Of a stretch of 64,000 nt of DNA, positions 33,561 to 47,700 are shown in pieces. The notes under the pieces are model-generated. The model was given only the letters and a program-made list of their open reading frames with translations. It was not told the DNA's origin and did no database searches. Within the stretch, counting starts at the first letter, position 1. Each line of letters starts with the position of its first letter. The stretch is from the human T2T-CHM13v2.0 reference genome, Homo sapiens, in the NCBI RefSeq assembly GCF_009914755.1, contig NC_060936.1; one strand, given 5' to 3'. The translations under genes were made by a program, and so were the position numbers.

Positions 33561-34209
33561 CAGTAAGCTTTAGCCTACTTGGAACTAATTTAAGTTAGTA
33601 GAGAAGATTTCTATTCTGAACAGCAATCTCTCCAATCAAAAGAGAGGAGGAAAAGGCAGATAAGGCTTATATTTCCTGGAAGCATCCTGTAGCAGCGTAC
33701 ATAAGACATCACAATGGACTGCATGCCTATTATTATGAGCCAGTGCTGACTGTGCTGCTGAGAAATGGTCATATGGCCAGAGTTATATACTAGGGATAAG
33801 CTAAAGGCCCCGCGCAGTGCTTTATTTGTCAAACAGAACTACTGTTGTTTTATCTCCAAAGCATCTGCGTTTAAAACATCTGGATTCATTTTCAATGGAG
33901 GCATCTCTTTTGCTGATAAAATGTGAGGAGCAACAAGGTAATGTAGTTGGCAGGTCAGCTGTCAAGATGGGTAATGTTATCATAGTTATGTTGTTTCTCT
34001 GACTCTTTGAACCTATTAGGATTAGGAAAGGCGATTCTAAGACAAGAAATTGAGCACCTCTAAATCACAGAATTTAATAATGAAGCCATTATTTTTCAAA
34101 TATATTACTCTTTTGATTAAACTTTATCATCATAGGTATCAAATTCTGACATAAAAACTGACAAAAATAATTGATATTATAAAGAGTTAAATCTAGTTTA
34201 GAAAATATA

Positions 34210-34547
34210 CAGTTGTGTGTTGCTTAATGATGGGTATATGTTCTAGTTCTGAGAGATGCATCATTAGGTGATTTTGGTTGTGCAAACATCACAAAGTGTA
34301 CTTATGCAAACCTAGATGGTATGGCCTACTACACACCTAGGTTATATGGGATAGCCTATTGCCCCTAGGCTACAAACCTGTATAGCATGTTACTGTACTG
34401 AATACTGCAGGCAATTGTAACACAATCTAAGTATTTGTGTATCTAAACATAGAAAGACTACAGTAAAAATGCAATAAAATGTTATGAGACCACTGTCATA
34501 TTTGAAGTCCATCATTGATCGAAAGATCTTTATGCAGGACTTGGCTG
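34210..34547. mobile_element. MER47A-like TcMar-Tigger element
   Basis: TA|cag...ctg|TA; body cctactacacacctagg...ctaggctacaaacctgta. Confidence 0.75.
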
Positions 34548-35422
34548 TATTTACTTTTATTTACACCTGACTTCCTTTATTCCTCGACTTTTATCTCATC
34601 CTCATCCATGTGAAGGGGCAAAAGCCTGGTATCATGGGTCCCACAGCCAACAGGTCTGAAATGTTTCTTCACTGAGGGAGAGGAAGATTATATGGTAGCT
34701 CCATATGGATTTTCAGGATCTAACTAGGATGCCAGAGTGACCAAAAGAAGAATTACAGGCAAGATCTTGCTGTGGTTTCTTCCCTTCACTTCCAAGTACT
34801 GTCTGCTTCACATTTTCTACAGCCACAAATAACCCTGTCTATGTATCTGTGTCAACAGAGGACGGTCATGACAGGGAATATTATGCAAAGCTCACTTCCA
34901 AGCTTATCATCCTATGATGTAATAATTAAATTAAATCAGCTGTTATTTTTCATACCTGTTAATCGGTAAATTGCATACAAATTTATAACTCACTTTAGAT
35001 AAGTCTGTCTCCAAATGGTGATCTTGCTCAGAAGCCTATAAAGAATCAAACAAAACACTTAGATCATGAGAAAAGTGGAATATTCAATAGGAGACCTCAA
35101 AGTGCGGAAACATTAAAACTTCATGGGCTCCGAATAAATTTTTGGAAGTTGCAGATGGCTTCTCATGAAACCATACATCTGGAAAAAACTTTTTAAAATA
35201 TGACAACCTAAATTTGATATTTAAATAAGACTGTGTCAATACTCTATAAGCAGAGTTATGTGAGAAATCATCTGTATTTGATTTTCATAATCATTTTTAT
35301 AGTATCTGCTAATTATAGAATTTTAGAGTTAGGAGATAGTTTGCAATGCTAACTACGAAATGCACACCAAACCTATACCTGAAAACTTTTGTCACCTAAT
35401 ATATAATAAGTTATTTAAGCAG

Positions 35423-36042
35423 TTTATTTATTTATTTGAGAGTAGGTCTCACTCTGTTGTCCAGGCTGGAGTGCAGTAGCACGATCATGGCTCACTGCAA
35501 CCTTGACCTCCAGGGCTCAAATGATCCTCCTGCCTCAGCCTTCTGAGTAGCTGAGACTACAGGTTCGTGACACCATGCCTGGATAATTTTTTTTTTTTTT
35601 TTTGAGACGGAGTCTCGATCTTTCGCCCAGGCTGGAGTGCAGTGGTGCTATCTCGGTATCTTGGCTCACTGCAAGCTCTACCTCCCGGGTTCACACCATT
35701 CTCCTACCTCAGCCTCCCGAGTAGCTGGGACTACAGGTGCCCGCCACTGCGCCTGGCTAATTTTTTTTTTTTTTTTTGTATTTTTAGTAGAGACGGGGTT
35801 TCACCGTGTTAGCCAGGATGGTCTCCATCTCCTGACCTCGTGATCCACCCGCCTCGGCCTCCCAAAGTGTTGGGATTACAGGCGTGAGCCACCGTGCCCG
35901 GCCGGTAATGTTTTTAAAAAACTTTTAGTAGAGCCGAGGTCTCACTATGTTGCCCAGGCTGGTCTTGAACTGCTGAGCTCAAGCAATCCTCATTCCTTCT
36001 GCCTCCCATAGTGCTGGGATTACCAGGCAACCACACCTGGCC
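35423..36042 (-). mobile_element. AluJ with an AluY (35588-35903) nested in its central A-rich linker
   Basis: Right arm 35423-35587, then a complete AluY, then left arm 35904-36042. Confidence 0.88.
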
Positions 36043-36229
36043 AAAAATATCTTTAGACAATATAGGAACACAGATTTTATTTTTACCCTTTTTAATCCCC
36101 TTGCTCCTATTTGAGATATCATATCTCATTCTTAAATGTGCCTTGGATTTCCCCGTATCTTTTTGAATCTCAGTGATTCAATTCTAATATTTTGTCCTTG
36201 TAATCTTGTACCTGGGTTAATGCACCAGC

Positions 36230-36770
36230 CTCCGCTGGTAGAGGGAGCCACAAGTGCAGAGATCTGAGATAGGACCTGGCAAAGAGCCTAGTAAGGCTGG
36301 GAGAGGGAGCAGAGAGTGATGGGGATGGGCTTAGACAGTGATAAGAAATGAGTGAGAGGCGAAGGAGAGGCCAGAGCCTCAGGGTCTTATCAGTACAGGG
36401 GGAGGACTTTGGCTTTCCTCTGAGAGAGAAGGAAAATCACAAGCCAGGGAACCTTGAGCCAATGAGTGTCATGATCTGGCTTGTGTCTTTAAAGGACTAC
36501 TTTGGCTTCTGTGTTGAAATTAAGAGAATAAGAAGCAGAGAGACCAGAGAAGATGAGACTGCTTCCATCATCCAGGGAGAGCCTATGGCACCAACCTCCA
36601 GAATGGTGGCAATGGAGGTGATGAGATGTGTTCGGACTCTGGATATAGTTTGAAAGCAAAGCTGGCAGAATTTGCTGGCAGATTAGATAGGAAGTGTAAG
36701 AGGAAAAGAGAAGACAAGATGACTCCAGGGATTTAGACCTGAGCAATGAGAGGAATTGAGCTGCCAATTT
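36230..36770 (-). mobile_element. L2 fragment
   Basis: gatgactccagggatttagacctgagcaat...gagctgcca. Confidence 0.65.
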
Positions 36771-38429
36771 ATATATATCAATAATATATGTGATGAATAT
36801 ATATGATGTATACAATATATTTATGATTTTTCTCACTTAAAGCACAATTGAAACAATCAAAAATTAACTTTGAGGTAGGCTAAGTGGTTGACCCAAGGTT
36901 GTCTTGCTAAGAAGGGACAAGCTTGGCCTTGAGCACTGCTCAGTGTAACCACTGAACCTGTACTCTTTAAGCTATGGCACATCAGCTCCTACACATACCT
37001 TTAGTTTTTGGTCAGCAAAAGTCCTATATGATGTTTTGACTTTCGAGAATTGACTTCTAATGCACGGATTTTATATGCCTGAGGACATTTTATAGACCTA
37101 ATCAGGTATGCAGAATCCAGGTTGCCAGCTCTAGTCCAGAACTCCAGAACTCCAGGTCTCCCATCTTGCAAATGTGACTACATGTAATGCTTTGACAAAT
37201 AGTAAAGAAACGCATTTTAACATCTGGTTTGACATCTGCAAAGAATGATTCCTTTTAAAATACAACTAACAGGGTTAAAACTTATTTGGAGACTTAAGGA
37301 ACATAAAATCATAGCTTCAAAGTCGATTATATCATGATGGTATTATTTGCATTTGTTTTCTTTTGGCCACGTGGAAAATTTTCATCATAGACTGGGGTCT
37401 AATACTTATTCAGTAAGGAGTGTTTTTCCATGGCTGAAAAATACAAATTTGGTCCTAGAGGTCGTAGATGTGAGTTCTAAAATATTTTATTTATATCATA
37501 TTTTCAAACTTTCTTTGCATCAAAAGAAATACTAGTTGAAACACTTCTCAAGTAAAACGGATTATACTTGCTGAAAGCATTACTGGTTTTTATTTAAGTT
37601 GCTGATTTTTTAATAAAGGGTCTGACCTTGAGGACAGCTGCCAGTTGGCAGAAAGCACAGAGGAGATGAGAAGAGAGTCTGGGGCCAAAATAAACACCCG
37701 AGTCTGACAGTTGTGTCCCATGGACTCTTTCATGTGTCTGTAAGACATTCAGGGTCTTGGATTTGAACATTCCTTCATAAAGGCTCACCCTCAGCAAACT
37801 CTCTGCTCTTCCAGTTTCATTGGCAGTCTAAAAACCTGGCAGCATCCTTGGGTTCTGCTTGTTAAGACTTGTGAAATACTATGGACTTGGGCTGCAACCT
37901 TCAGCTGAATTTAGATGTAGGAAATTAGCAATTACAAAGTGTTCTTTCTGCCAAAAATCACATGCTGCTGCGATTACCTTACTCTGTGATGAAACAGGTC
38001 ATTTTAATCCTTTGTAGTAGGTGGAACATTATGTACTTAACCAACCAAAAGGAAAAAACTTCTTAACTCAAGGGAGATATTTTCAGCAACCACATGTAGG
38101 CTTATGCACATAATAGGAAAAGTAATCCTTTTCCCCCCAGGTAAAATCTTTTAAAGTAATTTTGAAATGCAATTGGCAAAACCCTCTTCACTTTAATAAA
38201 ATACTTTGTAAATGTGCCAAAGTTTAATACCAACAGACCACACGAAACTAGGTTTCCAACAGCCAACTGAAGAGATGTGATGTCTAATTAGGAAATTGTG
38301 TTTTACCTGACCTTTAAGTTTTTGCCTCAATTATCTTTTCTCATTGGTGAGTTATGCATGGCTGGGGTGACACAAGGTTGTTCATTTTTTTGTGATGTTG
38401 ATTAGCGTGGGTGATTGCTATGATTAGTG

Positions 38430-38600
38430 AATCCAAGAATTCTATAGCTGAATGAGATCACAAACATTAGCTAGTTCAACTTTCATATTTTACAGATGAA
38501 GAAACTAAGTCGCAAAGGATGAACTCACTTGCCCTCGGTCATTGGTCCCGTTGGTGACAGTTAGGTCTGGAATTCAGTTTACCCATCTCACTGTCTTGAG
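38430..38600 (-). mobile_element. MIR fragment
   Basis: attttacagatgaagaaactaag...acttgccc. Confidence 0.6.
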
Positions 38601-39039
38601 TAGAAGGAAAAGGCCCAGTGTTCTATGTCATTTGGATGTTGGTGTCTTCCCTTCTGCTGGTAAGGATTATCTAAACCTTTGGAGGAAGCACTAGGGGAAG
38701 GGTAGTGTCAAAGGCAAGTAGATTTTATACAGTAAAAGTACTATTTGATTTTTTTTCTTGTTTTAATATTTGTTTTTTTTTCCCCTTCCGTTTGTTTTAT
38801 GTAGAAAATTCCCCATGATGATACCTCTACCTACTCAGCTACTCAAGCCAAAAACCAAAAGCCATCACCCCATCCACTAGATCACCAACTCTTAACCACT
38901 CTGCTGCCTAAATAGCTCTCAGGTCCTGCTTCCCTTTCCATTCTCACCAACACTACCTTCATGCAGCCCTTGTTATCTCCCACTGAAATACTGCAGTAAT
39001 CTTTTTATTGGTCTTCCTCACTTCCAATGTCTTATTTCT

Positions 39040-39400
39040 TAGTAGCAAAAACTGCCAGTTGTCCTCCACTTTCATTTTTTCTCCTCCCAGTTTACCTTGG
39101 GTTTGGGTGTGACCATGTGACTAAGTGCTGACCAACGGGAGGTAGGTTGAAAAGTCATGCGGCACTTTCTGAGGATCTTCTCAGAAAGACCATTGGCAGG
39201 CACAGTTTGCCCTCATTTGCTTTGTCCTTGCTTAAGCTTGCTGCATGGACTGTGGATGCCCTCCTAGACATTAGATTGGGGCTGACATGACAACCAACAA
39301 TATAGGAAGGGGCTGAGTCTCTGATACGATGGTGAACTGGATCTCTGGACTAGCTTTTTAAGTGGTGAGTTACTGTCAGTCAAGCCAATCCTAACACTTA
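39040..39400. mobile_element. MLT1-like LTR remnant within L2 sequence
   Basis: gtgtgaccatgtgactaagtgctgaccaa is an MLT1-like motif. Confidence 0.45.
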
Positions 39401-39824
39401 GTGTATAGCTGATGACCTAAATTCCACAACATCTTGGAGGTTATATTTCTAAAACACAAACTCCTTGACAAACCACATAGCATGCCCTTTGTGACCTGAC
39501 TTAAGACTTCTCTGTAGCTTCATCTCTCTTCAGGCTTCCCCTTGTGATTAAAGATCCAGCAGCACTGAACCACATGTAGTTCACTTAACCCATTGTAAGC
39601 TCTGGCTTTTGCCCATCCTGTTTCTCTCAGCTGGAAAGTTTCTATTCAACCTCTTAAAACCATCTTGGATGGCTCCTTCTTCTGTGATGTCATTTCTTAA
39701 CACACTGAACTCTAATAGAGTGAATTTATCTCTCCTCTATGTGATTTTCACCTGTTCTTGCTTCTATTATTGCCCCTGTACTCTATGTTGTCTGTACCTA
39801 TGTCTTCTTTCCTGGATTATTTTC

Positions 39825-40280
39825 TGTGTCAGTTCGTTCTATTATTGCTATAAAGAAATACTGGAGGCTGGGTAATTTATAAGGAAAAGAGGTCTAATTG
39901 GCTCACTGTTCTGCAAGCTGTGCAGGAAGCATGGTGCCAGTATCTGCTCTGCTTCCAGGGAGGCCTCAGGGAGCTTTTGCTCACAGCAGAAAGGGAAGCA
40001 GGAGCAGGCACGTCATATGGCGAGAGCAGAAGCAAGAGAGAGGTGGGAGGGTGCTACACACTTTTAAGCAACCAGATCTTGTGAGAACTCACTCACTCTT
40101 GTGAGGACTCACTCAATCTTGTGAGGACTCACTCTTGTGAGGACAGCACCAACCGGATGGTGCTAAACCATTCATGAGAAATCTGCCCCCCATGATCCAA
40201 TCACCTCCCAATGGGCCCTGCCTTCAACACTGGGGATTACATCCCAAAAAGAGATTTGGAGAGGGCATCCAACTATATCA
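39825..40280 (-). mobile_element. MST (MSTB-like) solo LTR
   Basis: tgtgtcagtt...aactatatca; homologous to the LTRs at 20068 and 22138 in reverse. Confidence 0.85.
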
Positions 40281-41039
40281 ACTACGAATCCATTGAAGAA
40301 GAAATCACTATTTTTTTCTTCTTTCTTCCTTTTTAATGGTTAAGGGAGGGCATATTGCCTAGGCCCTCAATAATTGTTTGTTGAACTGAAGTAATATGAA
40401 TTAAATTCAGAGGGTATTTTAGGAAAGAAGATCAGAAACAAAAAAGCTAGGTGAATATCAGTACATTTTTTAAAAAAATTAACTCACTTATGTATAATTG
40501 GCAACATCCTTGGGCCCTAATTATTAATATTTACCAAGCACCATGGTCTTGGGCAGCAAATTTGTTTAGTTATAACTTGTCAAGCTGTTTCATACTAAGA
40601 ATCAGAAGTTCTTCTAAGGTACGTAGTTAGGCTACTGGTATTAAGGAAAAAAGAAAATAAAAGAACTGGCCATGTCTCAGAGATAGTAAATGTGAAGTGT
40701 GGGTGTATAAAAGTTAATTACTGATTATACTAAATGGAAAATGTTCAGGAATAAGGTACCAATAAAACAAAAATAAATCTGCTACTATAGCAACTAACTA
40801 GAAATTTAATCAAATCTCCTGACTCATCTGGAATTAACATGGAGAGATTTGTAAATTTGGGTAAAATGGGAGACGTAAGTGGAATTCGATGAGTACTAGT
40901 TTGTTTTAAGTTTATTTAAATTTCAACTCAGATAATCCCATGTAAATCTGAGTTATAGGCCAAGCTGTAGGGCTAAAATAAGATAGACCACAAATTCTGG
41001 ACACTTCAAGATGAGCTATGAAATCATGCTTTCACAAGT

Positions 41040-42230
41040 ATAATATTGATGTAAAGAAGTAAAAGCCAAAAGTATAAAAATAACATACAGTTCAAAATAG
41101 ACCACATTAAACTATATTGTTCAGGGATGCATACATAGTAAAACTATCAAAAAAGCAAAGAATTGATTGTCAAAAAAAAATCAAGGTAATGATTCCTTCT
41201 AGAGCAAAAGATGGGATTGAATTAGCAAAACATGTGGGGTTTCTGAGGTCCTGGAAATATTTATTTCTTGTCTTAGGTTGTCCTTACACAGCTATTTCCT
41301 TTAAATTATTTATTAAACTGTACATAGATGTTTTATGTATTTTTGCAAATTATTTCACAATTAAAAAGGGAGGAAAGCCTATATATCAATAAGTAAAAGT
41401 CAAATACTCAGAAGAAAATGGGAAAAAAATCAGAACTCAATGTTCATTAAATATAAGAAATATGCTCAACATTATTAGTAGCCAGGGAAATTCAAATTAA
41501 AATCACAATGAGATACTATTTAATACTCATAAAATATGTTTTAAAAGTCACAATAAGACAACATTAAGTCTTAGTAAGGGTATAGAGGAACAGAAATTCT
41601 TACATTGCTAGAAACCGAATTAGAAAACAACTAGGGATTATCTAACAGAGCTGGAGACATAGGTACCCATAACCCAGCCATTACTGTCCAAGGTACATGT
41701 ACAATGACGTTCATAGCAACATCATTTATTATAGCAAAGTTCTGGAAACAACCCAAATGTTCATCAGTTGGAAAAAGAATAAAATGTCTATGTATATAAC
41801 AGTCAGAAATCAATTAGAGCCACACACACCTACATGAATGAATCTCATAAACATGTTAAAGAAAACAAATTATTGGGAAAAATATGATGTATTTTACATA
41901 AAGTTAAAAACTTACAAAATTATAGGCACACACATATATGCACGTTAGGGATACATACAACAGTGGTAAAACTGCAAAGGAAAGCAAGGAATTGATAAAT
42001 AGAAAATTCAGGATAATGGCTGAGATTGCCTTTTATAGGGGCTGGGATTGGGGATGGAGGGAGACACAGGTGACTTCAAGACATAGTTAATGCTGTATTT
42101 GTTTTGTTTCTTAAGCTGGGTGGTAGGCATGAGTTTGTTCATTTTACTTATTTTTAAATTACATATACTTTATGTATACTTTTCTCAATATGTTATCTAT
42201 TTCATTTTATACTTTTTACATTAAAAATTA
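41040..42230 (+). mobile_element. Ancient L1ME-like 3' fragments
   Basis: agggaaattcaaattaaaatcacaatgagatac and ctggaaacaacccaaatgttcatca are L1 ORF2 C-terminal relics; two 3'UTR-like blocks. Confidence 0.6.
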
Positions 42231-44388
42231 GGAATTTGATTATTGTTTTGATGCTCCAGACCAGCCAAATTTCCAGGAAGGGATGATGAGATTTAAAATC
42301 TTCATGGCACAAATATTCTCCACAGAATAACTATAAAAATGCTTTCTTGTCTATAAACTAGGCTGAAGAGAGTGTAGATGGTAAAACTTAATTATTCATT
42401 GTGTAGATCTCTTAGAACCAGTTACTCTGTGAGTATCTGCATTCGCAGAAAAAGAATTATCCACCAAGGCTGAGCTTGAAGTAGCCACCACCTGTCTCAC
42501 CCAGTTTACTAGGTACAGGGAGTTGGCACATTTGTGGGAATTACAAACCCAGAGAAGGGGCAGAGCAAGACAGTGGAAGAGAAGTTTCCACCAATCATGC
42601 CCCCTACAAAGACACCAGTTTAACAACTATCTACATGCTATACACAAAAGAAGCACCTCTATAAGAACCAAAAATCAGCTGAGTACACACAATACTTGGT
42701 TCTAACTTCATATTGCCAAAAGAGCCACTGAAAAGGTAGGATAAACAGTCTTTAGTCACTGACACCAACCGTCCCCCACTTCCTGGCAGCAGCAGTGTGG
42801 TGAGGAGAGTGTTTCAGTGTGCGTGGGAGAAGGAGATCACAGCAATTGTGAGGCACTGAACTCACTGCTGCCTTATTATAACAGAAAAAAAAGGACCATC
42901 TCTATTGATGCCCACCATGGAGAGAGCAATTAAAGTAGCCTAGCCAGAGAGGAATTTCCCGTCTCAGCAGTCCGAACTTGAGTTCCCCAAAGCCTTGCCA
43001 CTGCAGGCTAAAGTGCTCTGGGGCCCTTAATAAACTTGAAAGACAGTCTAGGCCACAAGGACTGCAACTCCTAGGTGAGTCCTAGTGCTGGACTGGTCCC
43101 AGAGCCAGTGGACTAGGGGGTCATGTGACCTACTGAGAAACCAGCGAGGTGTCTAAGGGGGTGCTAGCATCAACCCTTCCTTAGCCCCAGGCTGCATAGC
43201 TTGTGGCTTAAAAACAGACCCCTTGCCTCAGCTTGAGGAGAGGAGAGGGAAGAGTATGGAGGACTTTGTCTGGCATCTTGAACGTCAGCCACAGCAGGAT
43301 AGAGCTGTGATAGGCAGCTCAGCCCACAACAGGATAGAGCACCAGTAAGAGTTGTGAGGCCCCCTTTCCAGGACTTAGCTCCAGGAAAGGGAGGACCCTG
43401 GACGAGAAGGGAATCTGCTGTATTGAAGGGAGGGACCTAATCCTGGAAAAATTCATCATTTGCTAACTGAAGAGCCCTTGGGTCCTGAATAACCAGCAGC
43501 AATACCCAGGTACTATGTTGAGGGCCTTGAGTAAGACTCTAACACTGGCTGGCTACAGTTAAGGCTTAGCACATGCTGCATTGGCTACAGAGTGAGACTC
43601 CTTTACTTGAGAAAAGTGAAGGGAAAAGCAAAGGAGACTTTGTCTTGTACCTTAGGTACTAGCTTGGCCACAGCAGGGTACAGCACAAAGCAGGCTCTTG
43701 GGGTCCCAGATTTCAGGACATGGCTCTTGGATGGCATTTCTGGACCTGCCCTAGGCCAGAGTGGGTTACCAGGCAAAGATCCTTGTTTTCTTCCCTTACT
43801 TTTCCCAAATGAATGGAGTCTCTCACTCTGTTCTGAGCCACCTGGGAGTGGTATAACACAAGTACCCCTGTGGCTACCACCACTAGCACTGCACTGGCAG
43901 GCAGCATTCACCACAAGGTGGCTGAAGAGCCCTTGGGCTTTAGCAGCAGTACTCCATGTGGGCCTGTGGTGGTGGTGGCCACAGGGTGAGGCTCCTCTGC
44001 CTTTGGAAAGGGGATGGAAGAGGGGGAAGGACTGTGTCTTGTGGTTTGAGTGCCATCTCAGCTGCAGAACAATATAACAAAACACTGGATAGACTTCTAA
44101 GATTTTTGATTCTAGTCCCTGGCTCCTGGACGGCACCCCTGGACATGCCCAGGGCCTGGGGGAACTTGTCACCCTGAAGGGAAGGACACAGGCCTGGCTG
44201 GCCTTACCACCTGCTTTTATAAAGCTCTGGGGCCTTTAGCAAACATAGGGCATAGCCAGGGAGTGGTAACAGCAAGCCTTAGGCAAGACTCAGCTGTGTA
44301 CTGGCTTCAGGTCTGACCCAGCACACTTGTAGTGGTGGTGGCCACAGGGGTGCTTCTGTCACACAACCTCCAGCTCCTAATAGCTCAG

Positions 44389-44391
<3 letters not shown>

Positions 44392-44454
<63 letters not shown>
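44392..44454. repeat. (AG)~31 perfect microsatellite in the L1MA 5'UTR
   Basis: Directly visible. Confidence 0.97.
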
Positions 44455-44456
<2 letters not shown>

Positions 44457-44785
44457 CTATTTATTTGGGAGAAAGTGAGGGAAGAGAACAATAATCTGCC
44501 TGGTAACCCAGATAATTCTTCCAGATCTTGTCCAAGGCCATTAAAGTAGTACCTCTATGAGTCTGCAAGAACCACAGAGTTATTGGGTTTGTGGTGCCTT
44601 CTAAAGCAGATACAACTTAAATTATAACGCCTAAGTTCTCTTGAATATCTAGAAAGCCTTCCCAAGAAGGACAGGTACAAACAAGCCCAGAGTGAGAGGA
44701 TTCCAAGGAACACCTAAGTCTTGAGTGCCCAGACACTGAAGAATATCTACAAGGATCAACATCATGCAGAAAAACATGATATCAG

Positions 44786-47700
44786 AAGGAGAGGATCATG
44801 GTGGACAGGAGGCAGAACTAGATTGCAGCTCCCAGTTGAATGGACAGAGCAGCACGTGGAGGCTTGCATCGTGAACTATTGCTCCAGAATGACTGCAGGC
44901 ATACATTAGGAAAGCCAAGAGAACCCACAGACCCTCTGAAGGAAGCAGATTGCTCCTGCAGGAGTCAGGAGACACCCCAAATACTGTGAGTGCCCAAACT
45001 TTGGAAGTGGGAAAGGGAGATCATTTGCCCTGGAACACCCCCACTAGGGAACCTGAAGGTCTAGATTATGGCAGAAAATTCTGACCTTACCTGGAGTTGA
45101 ATCAATTTAGAGAGCCAAACAAAATACAGGGTAGAGGAAGCAGCGGGAAAAGCCCTGTGGACTCACTGGGTCCCCTGGCAAGCCATTTCTGCCCTGCCTC
45201 ACAGGGTCCTTGGGGCGGGGGGCAGTCAGAGGCACTGGAAAAAGGCCACAGGGAGCAGGAAACCTCCAGCTGAACTTTGTAACAGTTTGAACTGATTGAG
45301 AAGTCTCCTGGCCAGGACTTGGAGAAAGATATGAATTCAGTGTGCAGACTCCACAGGCCTGGGAAGAACAAACGTCCTACTTGGTTTTGCAGCTGGTAAG
45401 TGGGTAGCCTGGGGCAAGTTCTCAGCCCTGTTCGCCCACTGCCTGAAAACAGACTTGGTGCTGTTGTAGGGGGTGGGCCACAGTGGGAGTGAAACCAGCC
45501 CTTTGGGTTGTGTGGGAGCTTAGTGAGGCCTGTGACTGCCAGCTTTTCCCCACTTCCATGACAACCTGCATGACATAGTAAAGGCAGTCATAATCCGCCT
45601 AGGAACACAACTCCATTAACCTGAGAATCTCACCCCCCACCCCCCACAGCAGCTGCAGTAAGACCCGCCCAAGAAGAGTCTGAGCTCAGACATGCCTCAC
45701 CCTGCCCCCACCTAATGGTCCTTCCCTACCCACCCTGGTAACTGAAGACAAAGGACATATACTCCTGGGAGTTCTAGGGCCCCACTCACCACCATACTAC
45801 CATAGCTAATGCTCTACTGAAAGCTCCAATCCTGGCAAGAGGCCAACCATCACAAAAATAGTGCATTAAGCAACCAAAGCCAAGGACCCTTACAGAGCAC
45901 ATTTTCCTCCCCTGCCACCTCCACCAGAACAGGTGCTGGCATCCATGGCTGAGAGATCCACAGATGGTTTACATCACAGGACTCTCTGCAGACAACCCCC
46001 AGTACCAGCCTGGAGCCTTGTAGATTTGCTGGGTGGCTAGATCCAGAAGAGAGATAACAGTCACTACAGATCAGCTCTCAGGAAGCCATATCCCTAAGAA
46101 AAGGGGAGAGTACTATATTAAGGGACCATCCCATGGGACAAAAAAATCTGAACAGCCTTGAGCCCTAGGCCTTCCCAAAGACACAGCCTACCCAAATGAG
46201 AAGGAACCAGAAAACCAACTCTGGTAATACGACAAAATGAGGTTCTTTAACACCACCTAAAAATTACTCTAGCTCACCAGCAATGGGTCCAAACCAAGAA
46301 GAAATCCCTGATTTACCTGGAAAAGAATTCAGAAGGTTAATTATTAAGTTAATCAGGGAGGCACCAGAGAAAGTCAAAGCCCAATCTAAGGAAATTAAAA
46401 AAAAAAAAAAGAAAGATACAAGAAGTGAAGGGAGAAATATTTGATTAAATAAATAGCATAAACAAAAAACATTCAAAACTTCAGGAAACAATGGACACAC
46501 TTATAGAAACGCAAAATGCTGTGGCAAGTCTCTGAAATATCATTGAACAAGCCAAAGAAAGAACTTCAGAGCTCGAAGACAAGGTCTTTGAATTAACCCA
46601 ATCTAACAAAGACAAAGAAAAAAGAATAAGAAAATATGAACAAAGCCTCCAAGAAGTCTGGGATTAAACGACCAAACCTAACAATAATTGGTGTTTCTGA
46701 GGAAGAAGAGAAATCTAAAAGTTTGGAAAACATACTTGGGGAATAATCAAGGAAAATTTCCCCAGCCTTGCTAGGACCTAGACATCCAAATACAAGAAGC
46801 TCAAAGAACACCTGGGAAAATCATTGCAAAAAGATAATTGCCTAGGCACATTGTCATCAGGTTATCTAAAGTTAAGATAAAGGAAAGAATCTTAAGAGCT
46901 GTGAGGCAAAACCACCAGGTATCCTATAAAGGACAACCCATCCAATTAACAGTAGATTTCTCAGCAGAAACCCTATGAGCTAGAAGGGATTGGGGCCCTA
47001 TCTTCAGCCTCCTCAAACAAAACAATTATCAGCCAAGAATTTTGTATCCAGTGTAAGTAAGGATCTTATATGAAGGAAACATAGTCTTTTTCAGACAACC
47101 AAATGTTGACAGAATTCGCCACTACCAAGCTGAAACTACAAGAACTGACTTAAAAAAATCTCTAAATCTTGAAACAAATCCTGGGAACACATCCAAACAG
47201 CACATCTTTAAAGCATAAATCTCACAGGACCTATAAAACAGAAATACAAAAAAAAAAAAAAAAAAAAAAAAACCCAAGGCATACAGGCAACAAATAGCAT
47301 GGTGAATGGAATGGCACCTCACATCTCAATACTAACTTTGAATGTAAATGGCCTAAACGCTCCACTTAAAAGACTCAGAATTGCAGAATGGATAAAAATT
47401 CACCAAACAACTATCTGCTGCCTTCAAGAGACTCACCTAACACATAAGGATGCACATAAACTCAAGGTAAAAAGGTAGAAAAAGACATTCCATGCAAATA
47501 GACACCAAAAGCCAGCAGGTGTACTATTCTTATATCAGACAAAACAAACTTTAAAGCAACAGCAGTTAAAAAAGATAAATAGGGACATTATATAATGATA
47601 AAAGGCCTTGTCCAACAGGAAAATATCACAATCCTAAATATATATATGCATCTAAAACTGGAGCTCCCAAACTTATAAAACAATTACTAAGAGACCTAAG

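Noticed and set aside
40087-40142. CRISPR-like repeat array
   Set aside because: Units are adjacent with no spacers, inside a mammalian LTR; no cas genes
42396-42626. Minus-strand ORF ending VVATSSSALVDNSFS...
   Set aside because: Weak acceptor, starts in L1 sequence, no recognisable homology
43592-44177. 161-aa and 189-aa ORFs
   Set aside because: GC-richer L1M 5'UTR sequence spanning the small inversion; no coding signature
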